Of a stretch of DNA of 64,000 nucleotides, positions 37,200 to 50,400 are shown in pieces. The position numbers and the translations under genes were made by a program. The notes under the pieces were generated by a model. It saw only the letters and a program-made list of their open reading frames with translations. It was not told the DNA's origin and did not search any database. Numbering within the stretch: position 1 is the first letter of the stretch; each line of letters starts with the position of its first letter. Source of the DNA: Amphiscolops sp. MND2022 (taxonomy: Eukaryota); contig OZ076420.1 in the NCBI GenBank assembly GCA_964187785.1, positions 55,180,001 to 55,244,000 on the forward strand. Direction: 5' to 3'.

Positions 37200-39050
37200 C
37201 TATTCGGGCATGACAGCCTGAGCAGCATTATTATTACTTCCAACAGTAATGGAATTCGAACAATCCGTTAGACATCATCGAAAAACTTCCGAGTCGTCAC
37301 GGCAGTGTAGTCATACGGTATGAGTGACTTTGCTCAAAAAGACTTTGTCAAAAACCTCGTTGCTTTTTAAAGAAAAGCCTTAATCAACTTGAAAGCATTT
37401 TACTTCAAACCGAAGTCCGAATAGTGAACGAAACAAAGGAAATGATGAATATTTAAATTTACTAAAATTAGCAATAGTTCGTTGAACCAATAAAAATTTT
37501 AAAAGATAAACCCCAAGGAAAAGTTTTCAAAGTCAGAGTTCACTGGCCGGAAGAATTGACAAATGATCAGCCTGAGATGAAGGGTCAGTGCCAGTGGTTG
37601 AAGACTCTTCGGAGTGGGTTTCAAGTTGGGGGTCCGATTGGGTGGTGGATTGCCACTGGCTGCACAGGGGTCAGTCACTGACATGACGGTCTTTGTTGTC
37701 CACGTCATCGCACACTGATACTGACATTGGCACTTGTCTCGATGCCATTATCCAGTTGATCGATCTGTCGTTATCGGTCTGGATGATTGTAGATTCGTCA
37801 TTAGGATGATTGTTATGAATAACAAACCCAGATGCCCTGCCAGGGCGTATTCGACAAGTTGTCGTCGTGTAGGACTTCAAACTCGTTATCCACATTCAAC
37901 CTCGACAGTGAATCTAAAAGAAAGCTAAGCGAATATTTAAATTGAAAATTGTAGGATTTTCAATGACGAAATAAACTCTTTTCCAGGAAAAACTTTTACT
38001 TTTACAAACAACATCGCTTTAATTTTGACTTGCATTTGCTTCTCTCCTTGGATTTAAAGTGGTGGAAAAAGAACAATATTTTCTGTAAGACAAAAATGTT
38101 TGATAGCGCTCTTGCTACTGGTCTTGTCACACCAGTACCCAGGGCCGCGACGAGGACACACGCTATCTGGGCCCCAAAAAACGGTTTTTTGGATTTTGCA
38201 TTTTGTTAGATTTTTCATTTTGGATTTTTTCGTTTTTTAGCAAGTGGATTGAGGGCATCACAACCATCCAAGCCAACACGAGGCGAAGCCTACGAACCAC
38301 TGGCTACAGATGGTTAAGATGAACTTGGACCGACACTTCTCATTTTTTTGGATTTCGCATTTTTTAGTTTTTTTGTTCATCAAAGTTTTTTTAGCAAGTG
38401 GAACGAGGATATCAGAACCATCCAAGTCAACACGAGGCCAAGCCTACGAACTATTGACTACAGATGATTCAGATGAACTTGGACCGACTCTTTTTTCAAT
38501 TTTTCTAAGTTCTAATCTAATCTAATGTATTATAATCTAATCTAAGGTAATCTAGTGTAATCTAATCTAAATTTAAGCAGATTCATTAAAAACCAAGATG
38601 GGTTTTGTATGTTCTCATTATTACAAAAGTTTTCAAAAAGTTTGTAGGTTAGAAAAGATACTTTGCATGCCATGCAGCAACCCGAAAGTTTTGCTGCTAC
38701 TCGAGAGTTGTCATGCATCTGCCTTTTGTCGACCCATTTAACTTTTCAATATTTTTTGAATTTTTCTAATTGGAGCTGTCTGAGCCCCATTTTTCGGTTT
38801 TTTTGGGTTTTTTTGTGAGCCTAACAAGAGAAAAACATCCATCTAATACAACACGAGGCGAAGCCTACGAATTATTGACTAGAGAAAATGAAGTTGCTCT
38901 TGCACAAACTCTTTTTTGATGTTTTTGGTGGGTTTCTCAACCCATTTCGTTTTTTTTTGTTTTTTTTTGGTTTTTTGAGAGCCTAACAAGAGAAAAACAT
39001 TCATCTAAACCAACACGAGGCGAAGCCTACGAATTATTGACTAGAGAAAA
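37200..39050. repeat. ~1.9-kb inverted duplication of ~52750-54660
   Basis: Mirror ORFs 37499-37928 vs 53940-54369 and 38310-38525 vs 53343-53624; DNA matches as reverse complement. Confidence 0.9.
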
Positions 39051-39154
39051 CGAAGTTGCTCTTGCATCAACTCTTTTTTTTGATTTTTTTGTTTTTTGTC
39101 GGTGAAACAACCATTCAAGACAACACGAGGCGAAGCCTACGAACTGTTGGCTAG
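38102..39154 (+). repeat. Trailer module T, copy 1: five CAACACGAGGCGAAGCCTACGAA units, three followed by CTAG
   Basis: Hairpins at 38281, 38435 (variant), 38856, 39018 and 39128; CTAG at 38879, 39041 and 39151. Confidence 0.85.
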
Positions 39155-39251
39155 AAAAAAGGTTACACTCTTTTTTAAAATTTTTTTTTGTTTTTTTTGT
39201 GGTTTTTAGACTTTTATCTTAGTGAAAATGAAATAGAATAAAAAAGAGGAA

Positions 39252-39360
39252 AACGATTAGATTTAGAAAAACTGTGATTGTTGATTAAGGCCTTCACAAA
39301 TTACTGAGTAATTTGTGAAGGCCTTAATCAACAATCACAGTTTTTCTAAATCTAATCGTT
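39252..39360. repeat. 109-bp perfect palindrome (54-bp arms, 1-nt centre G39306)
   Basis: AAATTACT-G-AGTAATTT centre; arms are exact reverse complements. Confidence 0.93.
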
Positions 39361-39942
39361 ACTCACACCTGTACCCCGACGAATCCCTTTTACCTTACGA
39401 CGTTTGAACCCATCCTTCCCTCCCTCAACCCAATCGATAGCGCTCTGTACCGTTTTTTTGAAAACCTCTGGCAAAACATGAACCCCATCCGCTTGAAAAG
39501 AATCCTTAGTTTCCCCCGCCCTATCTGCCCTAAAAAAACGAACGCCCTTTTCTTGCAGAGCATCTTTCAGGAAAAATTCTGGATTATCTCCTCTGGCAGG
39601 GCGGCGTCCAGTCATGGTTAGCATGGCTACACCAGACTGTTCCAGTCGCTGCTGCGCCTGCAGAAGGGACTCGGCAATCTGCTCGGGAGATTGCCAGTCC
39701 TTTTCATCAAAAGGGCGGTCTTTATTCGTCAGGCTGTTCAGTGGTATATCTGCATACACCACTACTGCCTTAGGATGATCTAGCTTCAGAGCCTGCCCGA
39801 TCAAACAGTCCAAGGTTTTGTTCTCATTCCTACTCTTAGTCCTAGCACCACTTATCCATCTGCATTTAATGTTTTTCTCCCATGTTTGCTTTGCAAAACA
39901 AGTTCCATTGGACGCGGCGAGGATGACAATGTTTTCTCTCAT
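39352..39942 (-). CDS. SGNH/GDSL-like hydrolase (~196 aa from MRENIV; may splice at 39366)
   Basis: Blocks ILAASNG (Ser), ISGA, DIPLNSL (Asn) and ADGVHV (Asp/His) are in SGNH order and spacing. Confidence 0.7.
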   Translation of the reverse strand: MRENIVILAASNGTCFAKQTWEKNIKCRWISGARTKSRNENKTLDCLIGQALKLDHPKAVVVYADIPLNSLTNKDRPFDEKDWQSPEQIAESLLQAQQRLEQSGVAMLTMTGRRPARGDNPEFFLKDALQEKGVRFFRADRAGETKDSFQADGVHVLPEVFKKTVQSAIDWVEGGKDGFKRRKVKGIRRGTGVSND

Positions 39943-40444
39943 TTTTGTAGAATTTTTGTAAACTGTAGTATTTTTTTGAGTTTGAAATGGAAATTGACTC
40001 GTTAAACTGAGTTGCAATAACTAAACTTTGAAAGAAGCAAGCAAGCACGCTAATGAAACTATATTAAACAACGATTGAAGCACCTGTATTGAAATTGTCA
40101 CCTTTTTGACTCAATTAGGACAAATTTCACAAGAGTCATTCACACCTGACGCGTGTGAAATGTGTCCTAATTGAAAAGCAGGTGTGAATTGAATTAGCAG
40201 GTGACAATTTCAATTCACACCTGCTAATTCAATTCACACCAGTAAAAAGCCGCCGGCGAAATTGCGTAGTCGTTTTTCCGAAAGATCCAGTTTGACGGGG
40301 GGTTATCAAACATGATGTGAGAAAAGCTGTTGACGTTTTTGCTGCTTCACAAAAAGTTGTTTCCCTGGAAGATAAAAAAGAGATGGAGTTTAGCACATAG
40401 TCAGTAAGCTCCCGCCTCAGAGCGAACTGTCGTGACAATTTATT

Positions 40445-42737
40445 TACGCTGATTGGCGGAAACGAGCAGTATTAATATTTATCGATCGCGGCCCCCTAAA
40501 TACTTGGAACGTTGGAATCTTTTGAGTCAATATTGTACTATATGGTTTATTGAGTGATGATCCCGTTATTCCATCATAGCGGTATGCCCCAGTAAGGCAT
40601 TTGGCCACGAGTGATACTAATTACTAATTAGTAACACCATATCTTAACAATTATCAAACAACGTCATTACTGCTTCCAAGTTGTTCAAATGATATTCCGA
40701 TTCAACAAACACTTCTAGTGACGACCAACACTTGCAGTCGTCATTACTGCTTCCAAGTTGTTCAAATGATATTCCGATTCAACAAACACTTCTAGTGACA
40801 ACCAACACTTGCAGTCGTCATTACTGCTTCCAAGTTGTTCAAATGATATTCCGTTTCAACAAACACTTCTAGTGACGACCAACACTTGAAGTCGTCATTA
40901 CTGCTTCCAAGTTGTTCAAATGATATTCCGTTTCAACAAACACTTCTAGTGACGACCAACACTTGCAGTCGTCATTACTGCTTCCAAGTTGTTCAAATGA
41001 TATTCCGTTTCAACAAACACTTTTAGTGACAACCAACACTTGCAGTCGTCATTACTGCTTCCAAGTTGTTCAAATGATATTCCGTTTAAACAAACACTTC
41101 TAGTGACGACCAACACTTGCAGTTGTCGTTACTGCTTTCCAGTTGTTCAAATGATATTCCGTTTCAACAAACACTTTTAGTGACGACCAACACTTGCAGT
41201 CGTCATTACTGCTTCCAAGTTGTTCAAATGATATTCGGTTTAAACAAACACTTCTGGTGACGACCAACACTTGCAGTTGTCATTACTGCTTCCAAGTTGT
41301 TCAATTGATGTTCCGTTTAAACAAACACTTCTAGTGACGACCAACACTTGCAGTCGTCATTACTGCTTCCAAGTTGTTCAAATGATATTCCAATTCAACA
41401 AACACTTCTAGTGACAACCAACACTTGCAGTTGTCATTACTGCTTCCAAGTTGTTCAAATGATATTCCGTTTCAACAAACACTTTTAGTGACTACCAACA
41501 CTTGCAGTTGTCATTACTGCTTCCAAGTTGTTCAAATGATATTCCGTTTCAACAAACACTTTTAGTGACGACCAACACTTGCAGTCGTCATTACTGCTTC
41601 CAAGTTGTTCAAATGATATTCCGTTCGAACAAACACTTCTAGTGACGACCAACACTTGCAGTCGTCATAACTGCTTCCAAGTTGTTCAAATGATATTCCG
41701 TTTAAACAAACACTTCTAGTGACGACCAACACTTGCAGTTGTCATTACTGCTTCCAAGTTGTTCAACTTACACACGCGATTCAAGGAACTCCTGGGAAAA
41801 CGATGAAAGAACGACAAAAATTTTACATCGTTTGCTTATCGTTCAGTGCTTCTAGTCGAATAATCGTGGTCGATGATGAAGCGATGTAAAAACGATGAAT
41901 TTTCAGAATATACATGAATCCTTACTCCATCTCTTACATCAGCTACACACGCGATTTAGTGAAATTCTGGAAAACGATAAAGGAACGATGAAAATTTTTA
42001 CATTATTCAGTGCTACTAGTCGAATAATCGTGCTCGATGATGAAGCGATGTAAAAACGATGAAAAATTTTTATCGTTAACAGATCCTCGAAGAAACCTTC
42101 TCCTTAAAAATTTGGAACGTTCAAGTTGCTAAAACGATAAATCTTTCATTCTAAGTCTAATTTGTGCCCCTATCCACTATACTTTATCTGTTTTTTATCG
42201 TTTGTGCCTCATGTCCTTGGATCCGGTCTTGATCTTTGGCCAAGGTTCAAGGGATCGTCTTGTGGATTCCATGCTAGACTTGTGTTTGCTGTTGACGCGG
42301 TGTAAAGTAATCGAGGAGGACATGCGGCATTGAGAAAATGATCAGTGGAAAACAGTCAAAGTTATCACTAACTTACACACTTTGATTGTTTTCCACTTTG
42401 AAGCATTCATCATTCTCTTGCAATCAACGCTGATTGGCGGAAACGAGCAGTATTAATATTTGTCGGTCGCTGCCCCCTAAATACTTGGAACGTTGGTAAA
42501 TCTTTTAAGTCAATATTGTGCTATATTCCCCCCATCCATCAGTTTCATATCCAAAACTTGAATATTGCACTCAAGGACGGGATTTATTCAAAAAGGGGAA
42601 ATCTGATGACTGTGTGTTCCAGTTGTACTTGCGCTGATTTTTCCAAGATGGTTAAATATGAATTGGCAACAAACTTACTCACAGTACGTTATTAGTCCTA
42701 CAATGGTATGGAAATGAAAAGTTATGAACACAAAAGA
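40445..42737. repeat. Inverted duplication of ~54962-58245, including the satellite and its flanks
   Basis: Flanks match as reverse complement; array length differs and the right copy has an extra block at ~57620-58030. Confidence 0.85.
40662..41765 (-). repeat. 77-bp tandem repeat array 2 (~14 units)
   Basis: Reverse complement of the array 1 unit; more point variants. Confidence 0.95.
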
Positions 42738-42755
42738 CTGGTTATTGTCTTTAGG

Positions 42756-43110
42756 CGCCCTGTTAGTCGGTTAGTCTTGGGTTAGTCCCGCTAAATGTGG
42801 GGTTGGTTAGTCTGTCAGGTTAAGTTAGTCCAACCTGAAGATCGACTAAGTCAGGGTTGGTTAGTCCTCACCAAAGCGCTATAAACAATGTTTAAACATG
42901 GAAAAAATATGGTTAGTCCAAATTCAGGTTTTTCTAGGTTAGTTAGTCTCATCCTGAAAGTAGTTAGTCTCAATTCTGATTGGTCGAAACCATTGTCACT
43001 CGCCCTCCGGAGAACTTAAAGAGTTAGTCTTGCGATTTTTTTAGGTTAGTCTCGAGTTAAACCTCCAACTTTAGTTTTAGTCTCAAGTTAGTCTCCAGTT
43101 AGTCCCTTTA
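42756..43110. repeat. GTTAGTC-rich dispersed repeat
   Basis: More than 10 TTAGTC motifs; reverse fragments at ~45770-45830. Confidence 0.6.
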
Positions 43111-45009
43111 AAAGTCACTCTTTAAAAAAATGTTTTGAAATGTTTTAAGAACTTTTATATCTTAATGGGGGGGGTATTCGGTGTATGCACGCTCGCCCTC
43201 ACCGTCGCAAAGACCAGCTCCCACCACGATCGTTCGCGCTCTCCGTTCCCGCTAGGTCTTTTCTCCTGTTCGACCTCGCTTAGCAATATGGGCAACACTC
43301 AGCGGGGCACTAGAGGTGATGGGGACAAATCTCAGGCACGTTTCATACTTTAAAGTCGTTTCATATTTCAAAGTAATTTCAAAGTGTCAGGTTAAGTTAG
43401 TCCACACCTGAAGATCGACTATCATATTTTTCGATTAGACATATTTTACATAAGACATAGTATTTACATTACAGATACTTTAGTAGAATGATTTTCTACT
43501 AAAGAATGGTCACTAAAAATAATGGTTTGTCACGACAAGGGAGAGAAGTTTTCCGGTCAGACTGGACCGAAGGATAGAAAAGTGATGAAGTTTGCTGCTT
43601 CTGTATGCTCCCCGCCTCAGAGCGACCGTTGCGACAAATTACTGTAGTGTGACTAGTACTAGTTTATGCAGTCAAACTAAAGGAAAAACTCCTTTTCCTC
43701 ATCCACTGATTTGTCAATTACTGGTCACGCATAAACTGTAAAATTCATCGCTAATCCATCGGTGAATTAGCTGGTGATTTCAATCAACTGCGATTTATAG
43801 TAATTCATCCTAAATCCATCAGCGGATTTGATAAAGAGCCTTTAGAGCCAGTTCTACCAGAGTTCATCACAAACTCATCCTCAGATGGGACCACTTTTAA
43901 TTTACTTCATCACCAATCCATCGACGGATTTCATGGGACTTTAATTTCACTAACCTATCCTAAATTCATCGCTAGACTATGCTTCAGTAATTTCAATTGT
44001 TTCTCATTTCTTGAGACAGGAAACTCATCATTTATTCATCGCACAACTAGTAAGAGAGAGCAATGAGAAAGTACATCCTTAATTCATCATAAAAAGCGAT
44101 TGTGCTGGATTTACTTGTTTTATTGAAGAATACATCCCTAATTTATCGCAAATTTGATTCCGTGCAGGAAATAGCAAATAAGAAAGGAAGTCCATCTTTT
44201 TTTACCGCAGTTTAACTTGTGCACTCGTTGGACGGAAACGATGTTAGTAATTGAGATGAAGTAAGGATTCGAGTATATTCTAAAAATTCATCGTTTTTAC
44301 ATCGCTTCATCGTCTTGCACGATTATTCGACTGGAAGCACTGAACGATAGGCAAACGATGTAAAGTTTTTGTCGTTCTTTTATCGTTTTCCGAATTTCAC
44401 TGAATCGCGTGTGTAGGTGATGTAATTGAGATGAAGTAAGGCTTCGAGTATATTCTAGAAATTCGTCGTTTTTACATCGCTTCATCATCTTGCACGATTA
44501 TTCGACTGGAAGCACTGAACGATAGGCAAACGATGCCTTGTTTCCCCAGGATTTCACTGAATCGCGTGTGTAGGTGATGTATTTGAGATGAAGTTTAGAA
44601 TTCAAGTCACGACAGCTTGCTTTGAGACCCAGCTCTCTGCTGTGTTATGTTTCATTGTTACTAAGGTCATCGTTTTTTCAATTGTTTTGGTTTTCCTCTT
44701 TTCGTGACGTTTCCCTGGAAGATGAAAAAGAGATGGATTTTGACACATAGTCAGTAAGCTCCGCCTCAGAGCGAACTGTCGTGATTATTTATCGAAAATT
44801 CATCGTTGCTATACTACTTGACTTGAAGACTGAAAGTTGACGAAAGCTCATCTATTTTTTATCGCTGGCTGTCAAACTTGAAAGATGTGGATTTAGATTA
44901 GCGCATTGACTAAAGTTAACCATCGTGAATTCATCAACAAATTTATTTAGGCGTGATTTTCAAAGCCTCTCTCCATTGCTGAAATAGAAACATGATGAAA
45001 ATGATCGTT

Positions 45010-45214
45010 GGATCTTTTCTGTTAATTCCCCCCCACAGTAAGCGCATAAATTTTAATTCCCCACCACTATCAGCGATGAGTTTCAGTTGCAGTTAGAGTT
45101 ATAAAATACTGCAATTTGATTGGTTGTTACTATTAATTCAGTGATAATTTCACTTGACCGCTTAACTGGGGGGGAATTAAATTGGTGGGGGGGCTGAATT
45201 AACAGAAAAGATCC
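45010..45214. mobile_element. Mutator-type MITE, TIR GGATCTTTTCTGTTAATTC, 9-bp TSD ATGATCGTT
   Basis: TSD at 45001-45009 and 45215-45223; a 9-bp TSD with G-starting TIRs is typical of MULEs. Confidence 0.85.
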
Positions 45215-46619
45215 ATGATCGTTATGTTCTTAATACTGAGTCAAATCAAGGTAGAAAGGAATTAGGCGATGAAAAGGCGATGGATTCTCCAAGCAATACA
45301 GTCAATTTCCCATTTTCTCAGGAAGGTAGAAAGGTCGAAAGGAATTAAGCGATGAAAAGGCGATGGATTCTCCAAGCAATACAGTCAATTTCCCATTTTC
45401 TCAGTCTCTTCAGCAAAACGAAGATGTTTACTAAGTTCAAGCACCAATTTAGCGTATGATGTAAAAAGGATGAATTCCCAACTATATTCACCCAAATTCA
45501 GCACTAGTTGGGTTTGCGATGAAAAAAAGACAAATTTCCTCCCATCTTTGTTATTTCCAGCGCGTTACTGAGTTGACGATGAATTATCGATCCAGCACAA
45601 TCGCTCTTTTATTGATGAAATTAGGATGTACTTTCCCATTTTCTCAGTCTCTGTAGCAAAACTAAGTTCAAGCACCAATGTAGAGTATGATGTAAAAAGG
45701 ATGAATTCCCAAGTATATTCACCCAAATTCAGCACTAGTTGGGTTTCCTTGTTTAAACATTGTTTAAAGGAGTTTTGTGGAGACTAACCAACCCTGAGAT
45801 AGTCGATCTTCAGGTGCGGGCTAACCTACACTGAAAAATTTGACGTTAGTCTATTAGTCCGGGGACTGTTCAATTCGTCGAACATTCAATTCGTCGAACA
45901 TTCAATTCGTCGAACACGTATTAATTTAGTATGACGTAATGGAATGAATTGATTTCGGCCAATCAAAATCGAGCATTCAAAATTACGATAACGTAGTCAG
46001 ATATGTTCACATACCCCTAGTGCCCTAAATGCAGGAACGAAGCGACGTGCCATATGGCCATGCTTCAATGTTGCTAATTGGCGAAGGGAGCGAAGCGACC
46101 GAGCCATACAACAAATATGCTAATCGCTACAAAATATAACAAAATGAAATTAATCGCTGATATGGAATTCTTTCGACGCATTGAATAGCTTTTTATTTTT
46201 CGACAATTTGAATCATTCCATAACCATGATGGCACCATAACTATGATGGGCACCTATTAGTCCACTGGGTTAGTCGAGTTAGCCATGGACCAACAGCGCG
46301 CCAAAAAGGCAAATGGCAAAATGTTATTGAATAAAACTCCCCAATTCGCTATCATTTCACCAATATGATGGTCCTACTGATATTTGAACTATTTCAGTTG
46401 TTACGTCATTTGCGACTATTCCAATCCCCTACCTTGAGTTGGCCAAAAGACAACAATTATATATGCACACTGTTTCATATCCAAAACTTTAAGTGATCTT
46501 AAGTAATGCTGCTACCAGTGTTGATCGTTTAAATGATTATTAAACGCTGAACAAGCGTTTAAACGCTGATGAAAAAAATAAACACTATTTAAACGCTCGC
46601 CAAGAAACGATCCGCAGGC

Positions 46620-47415
46620 TCTTCAAGTGAGAAAATGAGATGCAGAAATGGGGCATCGGCTCAGGCCGTAAATGCAGTTGAACAAATTCGCTGATGAATT
46701 TGCGATAAGTTTTACAGATGAAGTACTACTTATAGTATTAAATACCTTTTTTTTCAAAATTAATCCGGTGATGGATTTACGATGAGTTTACGCTTGGCTC
46801 TGTCTAATGTCCGCTCATCCGATGAACTTGAACTGGTGTTAATTATCAACACTCGTGGCCAAATGCCTTACGTGAGGCCTGATAATAGTATAATGTTAAT
46901 AATCACACGACGGTTCATCACACAAATCCATCAGCGGATAGGTAATTAACAAGAATTCACGTGATTAACACCAATTTATAATAGCGCCATGATGGTTTAT
47001 TGAGTGACGATCAGGGTATTCCATCATGGCGGTATGCCTCAGTAAGGCATTTGGCCACGAGTGATAATAATTACTAATTAGTAACACCTCAACTTAAGGC
47101 TGACTCAAATTAACTTAAGCTGACTCAAGTTGATCTACTAGTAATTGACCTAATCTAATATCTCCTTGTCAACGCGATTGTTCACTTCTCTCTCCAATCT
47201 TCTTGCTTTGCATTTCGAACTTACAAACTTCAAATCTTCGTACCAAACTACAAACAATCTCCAATCTTTCTGCTTTGCATTTCGAACTTACAAACTTTAG
47301 AATCAAACTTGCATTTCTAGCTTAAAACTTGTAAACTACTGAAACTTCTGAAATTTCAAAGTTGACGTCATTCTTTCCCTATTTGATTTATTCTACTTGA
47401 GTAATCTACTATTTC
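46620..47415 (+). promoter_or_regulatory. Shared upstream module P, copy 2
   Basis: Matches 59140-60146 over ~0.8 kb; TGACGTCA at 47363-47370; ATG 75 nt downstream of the module end. Confidence 0.68.
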
Positions 47416-47488
47416 AAATAACTTACAAATTTAGAAAGTGTTTGGAAACTGCTCGTCAATTTGCTCTGCATTTCGTTTCCGTTTAACA

Positions 47489-50400
47489 ATGTTGTCTGAA
47501 CTTCAGAAACCCAAGATTGTATCTGACCACACGAGTTACGTGAAGCTTTCGTTCCTGAGCATCCTATTCCCTACTATTTTTCCTCTTGAAAGCAACGGAT
47601 GCTTAAACCCAAACGATCGGCGAAAAGTCAAGACGTTTCTGACCAAGCAATTTGCAGGTAAAATTTGTCAGTTCATAATCGGATGTTATGTTAATATTGA
47701 AACATCAACAAATAAAGACGTTTCTGATCAGGGCTTTTTAAAATAATATTGCAATATTTTTTTGGATCAAAATATTTCCAATAAATATATTGCAATAAAC
47801 ATTGTCAAAAAAATACATACATGTATATTGCAATATGCTGAATTTGTGGAGAGAAACTTTGGCAAATGTGGAGTGCAAAAAATGTGGAGTGCAAAAAAAT
47901 TTGAAAGCAAGGAAAATTTCATTAACTATTTTTCATTGAATATCGATTCGATATTTGTCTTGGTATTGCAAAATTCGGAATTTTGTTGCCGCGGCGTTTA
48001 CCTCCCTCAGGGCTAAAAATTGTAGGCTAAAATTTTCACTTTTTTCAATTTTACAATTTTTTTTCATTTTTTGCACTGAGGCTGATTGGAATGGTTCTAG
48101 GACATTACGCCCAAAGACATTACGCCCAAGGACATTACGCCCAAGGAAATTACGCCCAAACGGAAATTACGCTCAACGAAATTAGGCTATTCAAAAAGAG
48201 TAGCAGCGATTTTTTTCAGGTTATTATTTGAAAAGGTTAGCATGTTTGTTGTATAGCTCGCAACATGTTTGTTGACGATTACATTATCGTAATTTCCTTG
48301 TGCGTAATTTACATTTGGGCGTAATGTCCGCTTTGGGCGTATTGTCCTTGGGCGTAATGTCCGGACACCGATTGGAATACCAAGACAAAACGAGTATATA
48401 TTTCAAATTTTCAGTTGTTAACGAAAGTCGTCGATCTGTTAATAGGGCATTACATTTAGTAATTGCCAACAGTGTTACAAATTGAAAACTTTAGCTATAA
48501 TTTTGCGATACCATTATATGATTTGTAACTTACATGAAGAAAGTTGTTCAGGCTTGTAACATGATGTTCAGGCTTCTTTTGATTGCATCTTACTATGAGA
48601 GTGAACACTCTAACATTATCATGATCAAAATATGGTATAATGATCAATTGATCAGCGATTTTTCGGAAGATATCCGTCTAACATCTATAATATTTGATAA
48701 TCTTATATATTACTCATGTATCACTTTGATGTCAGACAGAGGTCATGGTCCCTTCCACCATGATTTTGTATTTCATTAGCCTAATACTGAGTGCACTTTG
48801 TTGCAGGGTCAAATGTGAAAATCGATGATGCGTATAAGCCCCATGGTGTGAAAGTAGAAAGATGTGCCCTATTGCGAGAAGACTTGTTTGACCTTTTTTT
48901 GATATCAGCTCCTCCAGTCCTGTTACCTTGGACGACTGAAAGAGTGGAATTTATTCGATGCTATTTTCCATCAATACATTTATCATCTATTGATGGTTTT
49001 GCTCCACTTCCGACTAATGATGAATCATCTTTGAGAGAAGTCTCCCAACTCCAAAAGCGATCTTGCAAGATCAACCCAACAGTGTTTTCAAACCTCACCA
49101 ACCAATCGAGTCCCACGGTGCTGTTCGACCTTGAGTCAACAAACAAAGGAAACAACTTGAACACTTTTGACAACCCACAGGGAAGTGTTATCAAGCCTAT
49201 CCAACCAATCAATGCCACATTATCAAACTTTACCAACCAATTGAGTTCGAATCCACCGAGTGACCACATGACATCATACCGACAACTAAAGCATTTATTT
49301 CAAGTTCATGGTGCTACTTCTGACAACAAAACCGACATTTGGATGAATTGTTTCAAGCTAATATCTGAATCCGATGAAGCCCTTCAACAATTTCTCTACT
49401 GTTTAAATGACTTTTTAGTCAGTCAAAAAACAGTGTCCAAGAGGAAAAATTCAATTGTGCATCGTATCCTTCACTTGTTTCTGCCAAACTTGTTCGGAAA
49501 CGATAGGGAAGACATCCAAGTGGAGGTGCAATGTCTCCTCACCTTGAGCAACCCACAGGATCTCATCGTTAAAATTCGCCAACTTATAAAATGTCCCTTC
49601 ATCAAGTCAACAATACTTCTATCGAGACTAGAACTTGAGATGATCAATTCCACGTTGAGCATGGATTTCCGATCAATCCTTGAGCCATCAAGAACGCCAA
49701 GTGGATTTCGTGTCAGCCTTGTGAAGTTCGTCAAGTTCGTTGCGTCCAATGTATACAGCAAGACTACCCTATCCGGGTTAAGAGTCGACATTTATGGAGA
49801 TGCAATGTCTCGAGGAAAACGGGATGTTGTTAGAATGGCTTTCCGAATCTTAGACAGTGGAATCCACTCAGAACAATCTTCGACCCATGTCTTCACGTTC
49901 GCTGTATTTGACGTGAGTTCAAATTGAATTTGACAATTAGAATTTGCCATCTGTCATCATAGATGTGTGATGCCATTGTGTGTTTAAAGAAGCCCCCTAA
50001 AAATATCATATTTTTTTATGATTCTAAACCAGAGTTGGCCCTTGGGATCTTTTCTGTTAATCCCCCCCACCAATTTAATTCCCCCCCCCAGTTACGCGGT
50101 CAAGAGAAATTATCACTGAAGTAATAGTAACAACCAATCAAATTGCAGTTTTTTATAGCTCTAACTGCGACTGAAACTCATCGCTGATAGTGGTGGGGAA
50201 TTAAAACTTCCGCGCTTACTGTGGCCCCCAGTGGTGGGGGGGATTAACGGAAAAGATCCCAAGGGCCAACTCTAAGGTTTAGAATCATAAAAAAAATAAT
50301 CACCCCGGGGGGTGAATTAACAGAAAAGATTCGGAGTAATGATTTCAGAAATCATGTTTTCTCTTTTTACACCAAATCTAGTTTTCAACGTTTTCAACAT

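Noticed and set aside
38310-38525. ORFs with SKPTRGEAYELL motif (also 52514-53624, 62602-63102)
   Set aside because: Translations of the T-module DNA repeat with inconsistent frames; the conserved feature is the DNA hairpin.
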